From the NCBI GenBank assembly GCA_964507955.1, contig CAZDRR010000001.1, positions 344 to 64,343 on the forward strand: a DNA stretch of 64,000 nt, given 5' to 3'. Positions 56,542 to 64,000 of this stretch are shown piece after piece. How positions within the stretch are numbered: position 1 is the first letter of the stretch; each line of letters opens with the position of its first letter. The notes under the pieces were generated by a model that did not search any database, was not told the origin of the DNA, and saw nothing but the letters and a program-made list of their open reading frames with translations. The position numbers were made by a program, and so were the translations under genes. This DNA is from an uncultured Candidatus Saccharibacteria bacterium. Its GTDB lineage: Bacteria; Patescibacteriota; Minisyncoccia; Phycocordibacterales; JAACPR01.

Positions 56542-57586
56542 TTATAGAAATATTTTAGAGAATTTGGGCTACAAGCTAATAGATCGAGGATCATATTGGC
56601 ATACAGCCGCTATTTTTCGTAATGGAGATAATCCAACAGCAATTCAAATTTATAAAGATACTGGAGTATGGCGAGATTTTGTAGAAGATTCTCCTTTTGC
56701 TCCATTTGAGGCTTTGGTAAAAAAAACTTTAAATACGAATGATTCATCGCTCATTAAAAGCATATTAAATAATAATAGCAACGATATAGAAGCCGTTTCC
56801 TCGAAAAAAAAATTATTGAAAGAAGAGCGCGTTTTCGAAAGTTCTTGTTTGAAAAGACTATTGCCACATTACGACTTTTATACTTCTCCAGAGAGAAATA
56901 TTTCAATCCAAACGCTTGAAGATTATCAATGCGGATTGGCTACTTCTGGTAAATTTTATCAAAGATTAGTTTTTCCTATTTTCAGATATGACGGCAAAAT
57001 ACATGGGTTCTCTGGTAGAAAAATTCTCGAAAGCAACAACAAAAGCAAGTGGTTTCATTCTGGCAAAGTTGCTAATTGGGTATATCCAACTTACACCACT
57101 CCTTTTACAAGTTCGGCTATTTTAAATAAGAAAAGAGTATTTCTTGTAGAATCCATTGGAGATTCGTTGGCGATGTATGATAAAGGAATTCAAGAAAATC
57201 TTGTTTCTTTTGGTTTATCTATTTCTCCAAAATTAGCTGCTCATTTAGGATCATTAGAAGTTGAGAAGATTGTTTTCGCATTCAATAACGATTTTGAAGC
57301 AGAAAAAAATAGGGGTGTAATCGCCGCTGTTAAAAATATCATCAAACTTTCTAGTCACTTGGATTTCACAAAAATTTATATATGTCCTCCTCATAAAAGT
57401 GATTTTGGCAAAATGACGGATCAAAAAGATTTTGAACTTTATCTAAAATATTTTGATAATATGACTCACGAAGAGTCTATGCGCAAAGTAGTCGATCAGG
57501 CGGAAGCGTTAGGAAATAATGTTTCTGACGATTTTAAAATATTAAGAAGAAAGTTCAACAAACTCTATTCATTCCATTATGAATAA
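56534..57586 (+). CDS. DnaG-like primase (Toprim) with degenerate zinc-binding domain
   Basis: Toprim-like FLVESIGDSLAMYDKG; N-terminus follows the DnaG zinc-domain pattern but with SYWH...TGVW replacing CxxH...CxxC. Confidence 0.5.
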   Translation: MVDYRNILENLGYKLIDRGSYWHTAAIFRNGDNPTAIQIYKDTGVWRDFVEDSPFAPFEALVKKTLNTNDSSLIKSILNNNSNDIEAVSSKKKLLKEERVFESSCLKRLLPHYDFYTSPERNISIQTLEDYQCGLATSGKFYQRLVFPIFRYDGKIHGFSGRKILESNNKSKWFHSGKVANWVYPTYTTPFTSSAILNKKRVFLVESIGDSLAMYDKGIQENLVSFGLSISPKLAAHLGSLEVEKIVFAFNNDFEAEKNRGVIAAVKNIIKLSSHLDFTKIYICPPHKSDFGKMTDQKDFELYLKYFDNMTHEESMRKVVDQAEALGNNVSDDFKILRRKFNKLYSFHYE

Positions 57587-58619
57587 ACCATTATCAGCTT
57601 CCAGAATCAAAGTCTTACAAACTTGCTCTTATTTATATTGGGCGAAGTATCATTTAAAACTTCCCGATAAGGCTAACGAGGGTAGTTTGAGAGGCAACAT
57701 TTGTCATACTGTTTTTGAAGTTCTTGGCGATCCTCGCCATAGGAAACATTATGATGCAATTGTCTCTTTGCAAGATGTTGCTGCTTCACAAGCAATAGAG
57801 AGATTGATTTTGTCTTATGCCAAAAAGAATGGCATAGATTCTTTCGAGAATTTGGATTTAATCAACAAGATGATCTTGGAAGGATTGAATTATGATTTTT
57901 TTGGAACCAAAAATGGGAAACCCACATATGGATTAAGCGAATGCGATTTCGATATTGATGTGAATACTGATAAGAAAAATTATCGCATTTTGGGTTTCAT
58001 AGATAAATTGTTCTTGTTCAAAAAGAAAAAACTAGCAATTATTCGTGACTTTAAAACATCAAAGGGAATTTTTTCTGGAGAAGAAGTCGAGGATAATTTG
58101 CAAAATTTAATGTATTGCCTTGCAGTAAAATACTTGTATCCAGAATATTTACAGAGAAAAATGGAATTTCTGTTTTTGAAATTTGATTTGAATAACGGAG
58201 GCTTGCTGGAAATGGCAGAGGTTTCAACAGATGAATTGGAAGGTTTCGAAATTTTCTTGACTCAGGTTCAAAAAGTTATCAATAATTTCAACGAAAAAGC
58301 CGCATTGGCAGATATGGCGTATCACAAAGGCTTTGGACAAGGATTTACTGGAAGGACAGTATGCGGACAAGGAATGAACCCAAATGCTCTTAAAAAGGAT
58401 GGAACGCCCATGTGGGCATGTGCGGCAAAATGGCCTTTCGACTATTATGTATTATTGGATGAAAAGAAAACTGTGATAGGCTCTTCGTTAGATAAAATTG
58501 ATTTGGAGCAAAAACAAACAAAGTATCCAAATTCTAAAATTGAAAAACGCAAATATGAAGGATGCCCAGCTTGGAACGTAAAGAAGAAAATTCTTGACAA
58601 ATACGATCCATTTTTATAA
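57579..58619 (+). CDS. Cas4/RecB-family PD-(D/E)xK exonuclease with Fe-S cysteine set
   Basis: IIRDFKTSK and QNLMYC (QxxxY) nuclease motifs; one N-terminal Cys plus three C-terminal Cys. Confidence 0.55.
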   Translation: MNKPLSASRIKVLQTCSYLYWAKYHLKLPDKANEGSLRGNICHTVFEVLGDPRHRKHYDAIVSLQDVAASQAIERLILSYAKKNGIDSFENLDLINKMILEGLNYDFFGTKNGKPTYGLSECDFDIDVNTDKKNYRILGFIDKLFLFKKKKLAIIRDFKTSKGIFSGEEVEDNLQNLMYCLAVKYLYPEYLQRKMEFLFLKFDLNNGGLLEMAEVSTDELEGFEIFLTQVQKVINNFNEKAALADMAYHKGFGQGFTGRTVCGQGMNPNALKKDGTPMWACAAKWPFDYYVLLDEKKTVIGSSLDKIDLEQKQTKYPNSKIEKRKYEGCPAWNVKKKILDKYDPFL

Positions 58620-59316
58620 AAAAAGAATAGTGATTCCATTATTTAAAACTCATTACAGCGTTGGAAAGAGTATTTTAACTCCTTCTAATATTTTTTCATT
58701 TATAGATGATTCTCCGCAGGTTGTTTTTGTTGAGGATAGTTTTTGTGGTTTCCGTAATATTTTCAATGAGGCTACGAAACATAAAAAGCAATTGATTTTT
58801 GGAATTCGGCTACCAGTTATCCAAAATTCTTTGGAAGAACGTCCGAGTAAACTTGTTTTTTTTGCAAAAAACGATGAAGGAGTTGGGGATTGCAAACAAC
58901 TTTTTTCAAAAACTTATTGTTCTGATGAAAAAGTTTTAAAATTAGGGGATTTAAAACCCAAGAATCTTAAAAACATCAAAATAGGAGTGCCTTTTTATGA
59001 CTCTTATGTTTACAATAACGTATTTTATTTTGGGTTGTCGGAATTGCATTTGAAAAAATTTGATCATTTTTACTTTGAAGAAAGCAACAATCATCCTTTT
59101 GATTTTCAAATTTCGAATGCCCTAAAAGAAGTTTCAGAAGAAACAGTCTTGGCGAAAACAATCTTGTATAAGAATTACGATGATTTTGATGCCTTTACAA
59201 TGTATAAGGCAATTTGTAATAGAGGTCACGGGAAATCGCCAACGCATTCAGCGCCGAATATCAATCATCTATGTTCCAACGAATTTTGCTGGGAATCTTT
59301 CAAATTAAATAAATGA
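58594..59316 (+). CDS. degenerate PHP-domain protein (detached N-terminal domain of Pol III alpha)
   Basis: LFKTHYSVGKSIL, FVEDSFCGFRNIFNEATKHKKQLIFGIRL and LVFFAKNDEGVGDCKQLFS parallel DnaE PHP-domain segments but lack the metal-ligand histidines. Confidence 0.45.
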   Translation: MTNTIHFYKKRIVIPLFKTHYSVGKSILTPSNIFSFIDDSPQVVFVEDSFCGFRNIFNEATKHKKQLIFGIRLPVIQNSLEERPSKLVFFAKNDEGVGDCKQLFSKTYCSDEKVLKLGDLKPKNLKNIKIGVPFYDSYVYNNVFYFGLSELHLKKFDHFYFEESNNHPFDFQISNALKEVSEETVLAKTILYKNYDDFDAFTMYKAICNRGHGKSPTHSAPNINHLCSNEFCWESFKLNK

Positions 59317-59978
59317 GCTTACCATTTGACCAAAAATACATAACCTTTGATACAGAAACAGAAGGCTTGAATTTACATAATTCTCGTCCATGGCAATTGG
59401 CGTGGAATCGAGCAAAAGGAAACAAGTCTCTTAATGCAGAAAATAGATTTTTATATTGGTCTGATTTAAAAGTATCAAGAGACGCGGCGAGGATCACAGG
59501 ATTTGATATAGATTTTTATGAAAATATTGGCAGGGATAATCATAAATACAAAATTTTTGGCAAGGAGTTTAAAGCGGAAAATCCAGAGGTCGTTTTAAAC
59601 GATTTTGAAAAAGAGTTGTATGATCCCAAGAACATTATTGTTGGGCAAAACTTATTAGGATACGACGTTTATATTATTGCCACTTTACAACGTATTTGTG
59701 GCAAAAAACAGGATTTCTCTTATTTATCCCGCATTTATGATACGAGACCGCTGGGTATGGCTTATAGAGAAGGATTGACAAAACCAAAGAATTGCGACAT
59801 GCTTTCTTGGCAATATAAAATATTAAATGACGCATCTTTGAAAGCAAAAGTTTCACAACTCGCACAATTGAAATTTTTAGGCATTGAATTTGATGAAACG
59901 AAACTTCATGATGCCTTATATGATAATGAAATGTGCTTCCAAATTTTTCAAGCACATAAAAAGAATTTAAGCCTATGA
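59313..59978 (+). CDS. DnaQ-like DEDDh 3'-5' proofreading exonuclease
   Basis: Exo I FDTETEG, Exo II GQNLLGYDV, Exo III HDALYDNEM; ATGA-coupled to both neighbours. Confidence 0.8.
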   Translation: MSLPFDQKYITFDTETEGLNLHNSRPWQLAWNRAKGNKSLNAENRFLYWSDLKVSRDAARITGFDIDFYENIGRDNHKYKIFGKEFKAENPEVVLNDFEKELYDPKNIIVGQNLLGYDVYIIATLQRICGKKQDFSYLSRIYDTRPLGMAYREGLTKPKNCDMLSWQYKILNDASLKAKVSQLAQLKFLGIEFDETKLHDALYDNEMCFQIFQAHKKNLSL

Positions 59979-62545
59979 TTTTTCATGATGTAAAACCATA
60001 TGTCGAACCAGAGCCAGTAGGCGTCGAACTACCTAAAATTTTTGTTACAGAACAAGAATTAAAAGAAATTGACGACAAACTTACCGTCAACAGCAGCAGT
60101 TTTGATCTTTTGAAGTCGCTGGTCAGAAAGGGATTGAAAGACAAGGGAATTGTTAATCGAGACGATAAACAAACATATTTTGATAGGGCAAAACAAGAAC
60201 TGGATACTTTCGAAGAATTGGGATTCACAGACTATGTTCTTTTAAATTGGGACATTTTGAATTTTTGTCATAAGAACAATATCCCTACAGGCGCGGGCAG
60301 AGGTTCTGCGGCAGGCAGTTTAGTTCTTTTTTTATTAGGGGTTACAAATATAGATCCGCTTGAACATAATTTATTCTTCGAAAGATTCGTTTCCAAATCC
60401 CGTGCGAAGAAAATCCTTTCCAAATCAGGAAAACAATTTCTTGTTGGAAGCTTGTTACCCGACGTTGATTCAGACATTTCATATGATCAACGCTCCAAAG
60501 TTATCGCTTATATTGAGGAAAAACACAGAGGAAAGACTTCTAAAATTTTGACCTTTAATACTTTCAGTTCCAAACTTTGCATTAGAGAAACAGCGAAGTA
60601 TTTTTGTGAAGCTTCTGAATTTGAAGCCAGTGAAGTTAGCGACATGATTCCGAAATTACACGGAGTCGTTGCTGATTTGGAAGATGCATATGAAGAAGTT
60701 GAATCTTTTAAAAATTGGGCAAACCGTTATCCAGACGCTTATAAAAATGCTTTAAAAATAGAGAACTTGAATAAAAATACGGGAGTTCATCCTTCTGGAA
60801 TTGCTATTTGCTCCGATACAATTTCGAATATTATTCCTCTTCAAAAAACAAAGGATGGAGATTTGGTGTCGGGTTATGATATGAATGGAGTATCGGATTT
60901 GATGGTTAAATTCGATATCTTGGGACTAAGAACACTTACTGTCGCCCAAAATACCTGTAATCGTCTAGGCATCTCTCTGGACGATATTCCATATAATGAT
61001 GAGTTCATTTATAAAGCGTTACAGGATTTCAAACATCCGATGGGATTATTCCAAATTTCTGCGGATACAAACTTTAGGGTAGCGCAAGCAATTAAGCCAA
61101 GCAACTTACAAGAATTGTCTGATGTTATCGCTCTTGCAAGGCCCGGAGCCTTGCAATTCCTTACAGACTATAAAGAGAACAAACAGACCTTAAAAGAACT
61201 TGGTATGCATGAAGAGTTAGATCATATTCTTTCATGGTCAAAGAATGTTATCTTATATCAGGAACAATTGATGATGATCGCCAACAAGGTTTTCGGATTC
61301 TCTTTAGAAGAAGCTGAAATCTTGAGAAGAATTGTTGGTAAGAAAAAACGTGATGAGATGCCCCCATGGAAAGAAAAAATTTATAATGCGGGCAAAGAAA
61401 GAGGATTGGATACAAAAATCAGCGATTTCTATTGGTCCGCTCTTGAAGCCTCTGCGGATTATTCTTTCAATTTAAGTCATAGCGTTAGTTATGCGACTTT
61501 GGCGGCGAAAACCGTATATTTGAAATACAAGTATCCTCAAGAATTCTTTATTTCTCTATTAGAATCTGCTGAATTCGAACCAGATCCATTAGCGGAAATT
61601 TCCCTTATCCAAAAAGAATTACAGGATTTTGGTATTAAACTTCTTCCACCTTCCCTTGAAGTATCCGATATGACATTTTCGGTTGAAAATGAAAATATTC
61701 GTTATGGATTAAGAACTATTAAAGGTATCTCCTCCAAGTCATTAGCTTCATTGGTTGATTTTCGAGGCAAGAAATTTGCAAATAAGTATGAAGTGTTTTC
61801 TGCGGCCAAGAATGCAGGTATCAACATTTCTGTTCTCGCGGCATTGATTCAGGCTGGAACAATGGATCAGTCTGGACAGAATAGAAGTCGCATGGTTCTG
61901 GAGGCACAAGCATTTAACCTTTTAACAGATAGGGAAAAGCGTAATTTTATGCTTATCGGAGAAAGATTTGGATTTGACCTGTTGAATACAATTGCTGATG
62001 TGGTGGACAAACAAATTATTGGAGACGATAATCGGGTGATTATGTCCAATAAAAGGTTGGAAACCTTCAAACGCGATTTCCAAAAATATCTGACAATTTA
62101 TCGCCAAAATCGCAAGTATGATAAATTTGCAAAATGGTGGTATGAGAACACATTATTAGGGTATAGTTATTCGATTCTTTTAAAAGATTGTTTTGTTGAT
62201 ACGTTTGGTGTTTTGGATAACATTAAGGATTTGGAAGAAGCTGACGATAGATCGACATTTAAAGTTGCTGGTCAAGTTGAAGATTTCTTTGTTAAAACGA
62301 GCGCGGCTGGAAATAAATATATGTCCATTCTTCTTTCAGACAATACAGCGACCCAAAAATTTCTTTTTATGGATAATCGCAGGGCAGCTAAATTAACAGA
62401 ATTTTTAGAGTTTAATAAACTGATCAAAAAGGATATAATCGTATTGACAGGGACAAAAAGTTCGGATAGCTTATTTGTGAATTCTATAGAAAAAATAGAC
62501 TGTTCAATTTACATGAAACCGAAAGATATCAAAGATGAATCTTGA
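59975..62545 (+). CDS. dnaE: DNA polymerase III alpha catalytic core (lacking PHP domain)
   Basis: GAGRGSAAGSLV, PDVDSDI catalytic aspartates, FERF, C-terminal OB-fold; begins where DnaE thumb/palm starts. Confidence 0.85.
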   Translation: MIFHDVKPYVEPEPVGVELPKIFVTEQELKEIDDKLTVNSSSFDLLKSLVRKGLKDKGIVNRDDKQTYFDRAKQELDTFEELGFTDYVLLNWDILNFCHKNNIPTGAGRGSAAGSLVLFLLGVTNIDPLEHNLFFERFVSKSRAKKILSKSGKQFLVGSLLPDVDSDISYDQRSKVIAYIEEKHRGKTSKILTFNTFSSKLCIRETAKYFCEASEFEASEVSDMIPKLHGVVADLEDAYEEVESFKNWANRYPDAYKNALKIENLNKNTGVHPSGIAICSDTISNIIPLQKTKDGDLVSGYDMNGVSDLMVKFDILGLRTLTVAQNTCNRLGISLDDIPYNDEFIYKALQDFKHPMGLFQISADTNFRVAQAIKPSNLQELSDVIALARPGALQFLTDYKENKQTLKELGMHEELDHILSWSKNVILYQEQLMMIANKVFGFSLEEAEILRRIVGKKKRDEMPPWKEKIYNAGKERGLDTKISDFYWSALEASADYSFNLSHSVSYATLAAKTVYLKYKYPQEFFISLLESAEFEPDPLAEISLIQKELQDFGIKLLPPSLEVSDMTFSVENENIRYGLRTIKGISSKSLASLVDFRGKKFANKYEVFSAAKNAGINISVLAALIQAGTMDQSGQNRSRMVLEAQAFNLLTDREKRNFMLIGERFGFDLLNTIADVVDKQIIGDDNRVIMSNKRLETFKRDFQKYLTIYRQNRKYDKFAKWWYENTLLGYSYSILLKDCFVDTFGVLDNIKDLEEADDRSTFKVAGQVEDFFVKTSAAGNKYMSILLSDNTATQKFLFMDNRRAAKLTEFLEFNKLIKKDIIVLTGTKSSDSLFVNSIEKIDCSIYMKPKDIKDES

Positions 62546-64000
62546 TTATTATACCTCTCAATTACAATTTGTTATTAAAGAAAGCGAAAGGTTCGCTCAA
62601 AACAATGGATTTAAATATGTAACAGAAGATATTCTGTTTTATTCTTTAATATCTTCTCATAGTTCAACTTGTATTTTAGCATTTGAGAAGGCCCAAATTA
62701 ATATAGCGGCATTAGCGGGAGAAGCGATTAAATCAATTATTCTTCCTAAAAAACATCAAGAATTTTGTGGTTTTTCCAAAAAGGCAAAATCTATATTAAA
62801 ATTTGCGGAAGCTATCGCTGCGAGTCAATTCCGTCAGGAATATTTGTCTCCAGAAATTGTGCTGTTAGCTTTCTTTTCTCAAGAGCATTTGCCGAAAGCT
62901 TTGAAGAATTTTTTCAAAGTGAGTTTAACAGAAGAAATCTTGGAAAACCCTCAAGTGTTGTCTTTATTTGAAGGCGTTGCAATTGTGGTAAAAGATTTAG
63001 ATTTCTCAATTAAGGAAGAAGTTGAGCCAGAAAATGAGGATGTTAATAACATCCCTATGTTTGAATTGAATCCGATTCTTTCTCAATTTTCGGATAATTT
63101 GAATTTACAAGCAGCTATTGGGTTGTTTGATACCATTGTGGATTTTGATTCCAAGATAGATGAAATTGCGACAATTTTATGCCGCAAAAAGAAACCGAAT
63201 GCGATTTTGGTAGGTCCTGCGGGGACGGGAAAAACAAGTTTAGTGCAAGGTTTGGCTACAAAAATTGTAAAGGGAGAAGCTCCTGATTTACTTTTGAATA
63301 AGGTAATTTACTCAGTAAACTTATCTTCTATGGTGGCAGGGACACAATATCGCGGACAATTCGAAAAGCGCCTTGAAGATTTTATTAATGAAGCCAAGAA
63401 ATATTCCAACTTGATTCTTTTTATTGATGAAATTCACACGCTTGTAGGCGCGGGAGGAGGATCTTCATCTTCTCTTGAAGCCTCCAATATATTAAAACCT
63501 GAATTGGCAAGAGGAAGCATTTCTTGTATTGGAGCGACAACAATTAACGAATATACGAATACTATTAAAAAAGATTCAGCATTGGATCGTCGTTTTGAAA
63601 AAGTAATTGTCAGGGAACCGTCTAAGTTTCAAATGGAGAAAATTCTTCCTGAAATTTTGAATTATTATGAAGAGTTTCACGGCGTTGAATATACAGAAGA
63701 ATTTGTAAATAACATCATTTATTTTTGTGAACAGTTCTTGCCAAACAGAAGATATCCAGATAAGGCGATTGATGTTATAGACCACTGCGGAGCGCAAGCC
63801 AAAGTTAAGTTTTGGGAAATGGATGCTGAATTGAAAGATTACCAAAAGCATATTCGCGAAGGTATTGAAGAAACTGGTGAGGTTGATCAAAAAGCTTTGG
63901 ATCTTTTAAATAAAAAAATAGATGTGTGGGAAGGCAAACTGTTGTCGGAAACCGCTAAAGTTCAATTAAGCCATTTGAAAGCATTCTTCCTTAATAAAGG
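62534..64000 (+). CDS. ClpA/ClpC-like AAA+ unfoldase (5' partial, runs off window end)
   Basis: Hand-translated open frame with no stop by 64000: Clp_N-like N-domain, Walker A ILVGPAGTGKT, Walker B LFIDEIHTLVGAG, sensor/arginine-finger region ALDRRFEKVIVREPS, DKAIDVIDHCGAQ. Confidence 0.75.

Noticed and set aside
59975-62545. Intein or intron insertion in dnaE to explain the short (856 aa) polymerase
   Set aside because: There are no intein splice-junction blocks (C/S...HN) and no large insertion. The shortness is explained by the absent PHP domain, which is encoded separately.
1-64000. CRISPR arrays, integrase, transposase or IS elements, rRNA
   Set aside because: No regularly spaced direct repeats. 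No tyrosine or serine recombinase or DDE transposase signatures in any ORF. No rRNA-like segments.

Overview
This 64 kb window reads as a contiguous piece of a large tailed dsDNA bacteriophage genome, about 33% GC, from a low-GC host; most genes lack a Shine-Dalgarno sequence, though a few carry a clear AAGGAG-type one. The calls below are from reading the sequence and recalling family signatures; no database search was run.

Layout from left to right:

1. Positions 1-370 hold an atypically GC-rich 90-aa ORF followed by a strong intrinsic terminator.
2. Positions 420-640 are a non-coding stretch in which the + strand is almost free of G.
3. Positions 631-2776 are a minus-strand cassette of seven small, translationally coupled genes, several of them Cys-rich.
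4. Positions 2859-35302 are a + strand block, mostly virion structural genes. It contains, in order:
   - a PhoH-like ATPase and zinc-finger proteins;
   - a C2H2-ERCC4 nuclease that overlaps the terminase;
   - the large terminase, a portal candidate, a scaffold/protease candidate, and a major capsid protein followed by a strong terminator;
   - head-tail genes, a major tail protein with its own terminator, and a pair of chaperone-like ORFs whose overlap suggests a +1 frameshift;
   - a 2073-aa tape measure protein carrying five GFIPN[FY] repeats;
   - about 7.7 kb of distal tail, baseplate or fibre genes.
5. Positions 35299-52879 are the most unusual part of the window: a glycan-biosynthesis island inside a phage genome. 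It contains:
   - GDP-mannose 4,6-dehydratase, a PseB/CapE-like UDP-GlcNAc 4,6-dehydratase and a WecB/NeuC-like 2-epimerase;
   - at least five glycosyltransferases, including a GT4 with an inserted zinc ribbon and a GT9-like enzyme whose N and C domains are split across two ORFs;
   - interleaved non-glycan genes: an ssDNA-binding protein with a bacterial-SSB-like DDDVPF tail, a beta-helix fibre or tailspike-like protein, a sigma-70-family factor, a T4 gp1-like dNMP kinase, a dUTPase, a class II-like ribonucleotide reductase with a tiny overlapping Bfd-like [2Fe-2S] ORF, and a structured divergent control region with a consensus sigma-70 promoter.
6. Positions 52860-64000 are a replication and recombination module:
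   - a RecA/UvsX-like protein, an interposed DUF559/Vsr-like endonuclease, a DnaB-like helicase, and a Toprim primase with a degenerate zinc-binding domain;
   - a Cas4/RecB-like Fe-S nuclease;
   - an 'exploded' Pol III made of three translationally coupled ORFs: a degenerate PHP domain, a DnaQ exonuclease and the DnaE polymerase core;
   - a ClpA/C-like AAA+ unfoldase that runs off the window end.

No tRNA, rRNA, CRISPR array, integrase or transposase was found.
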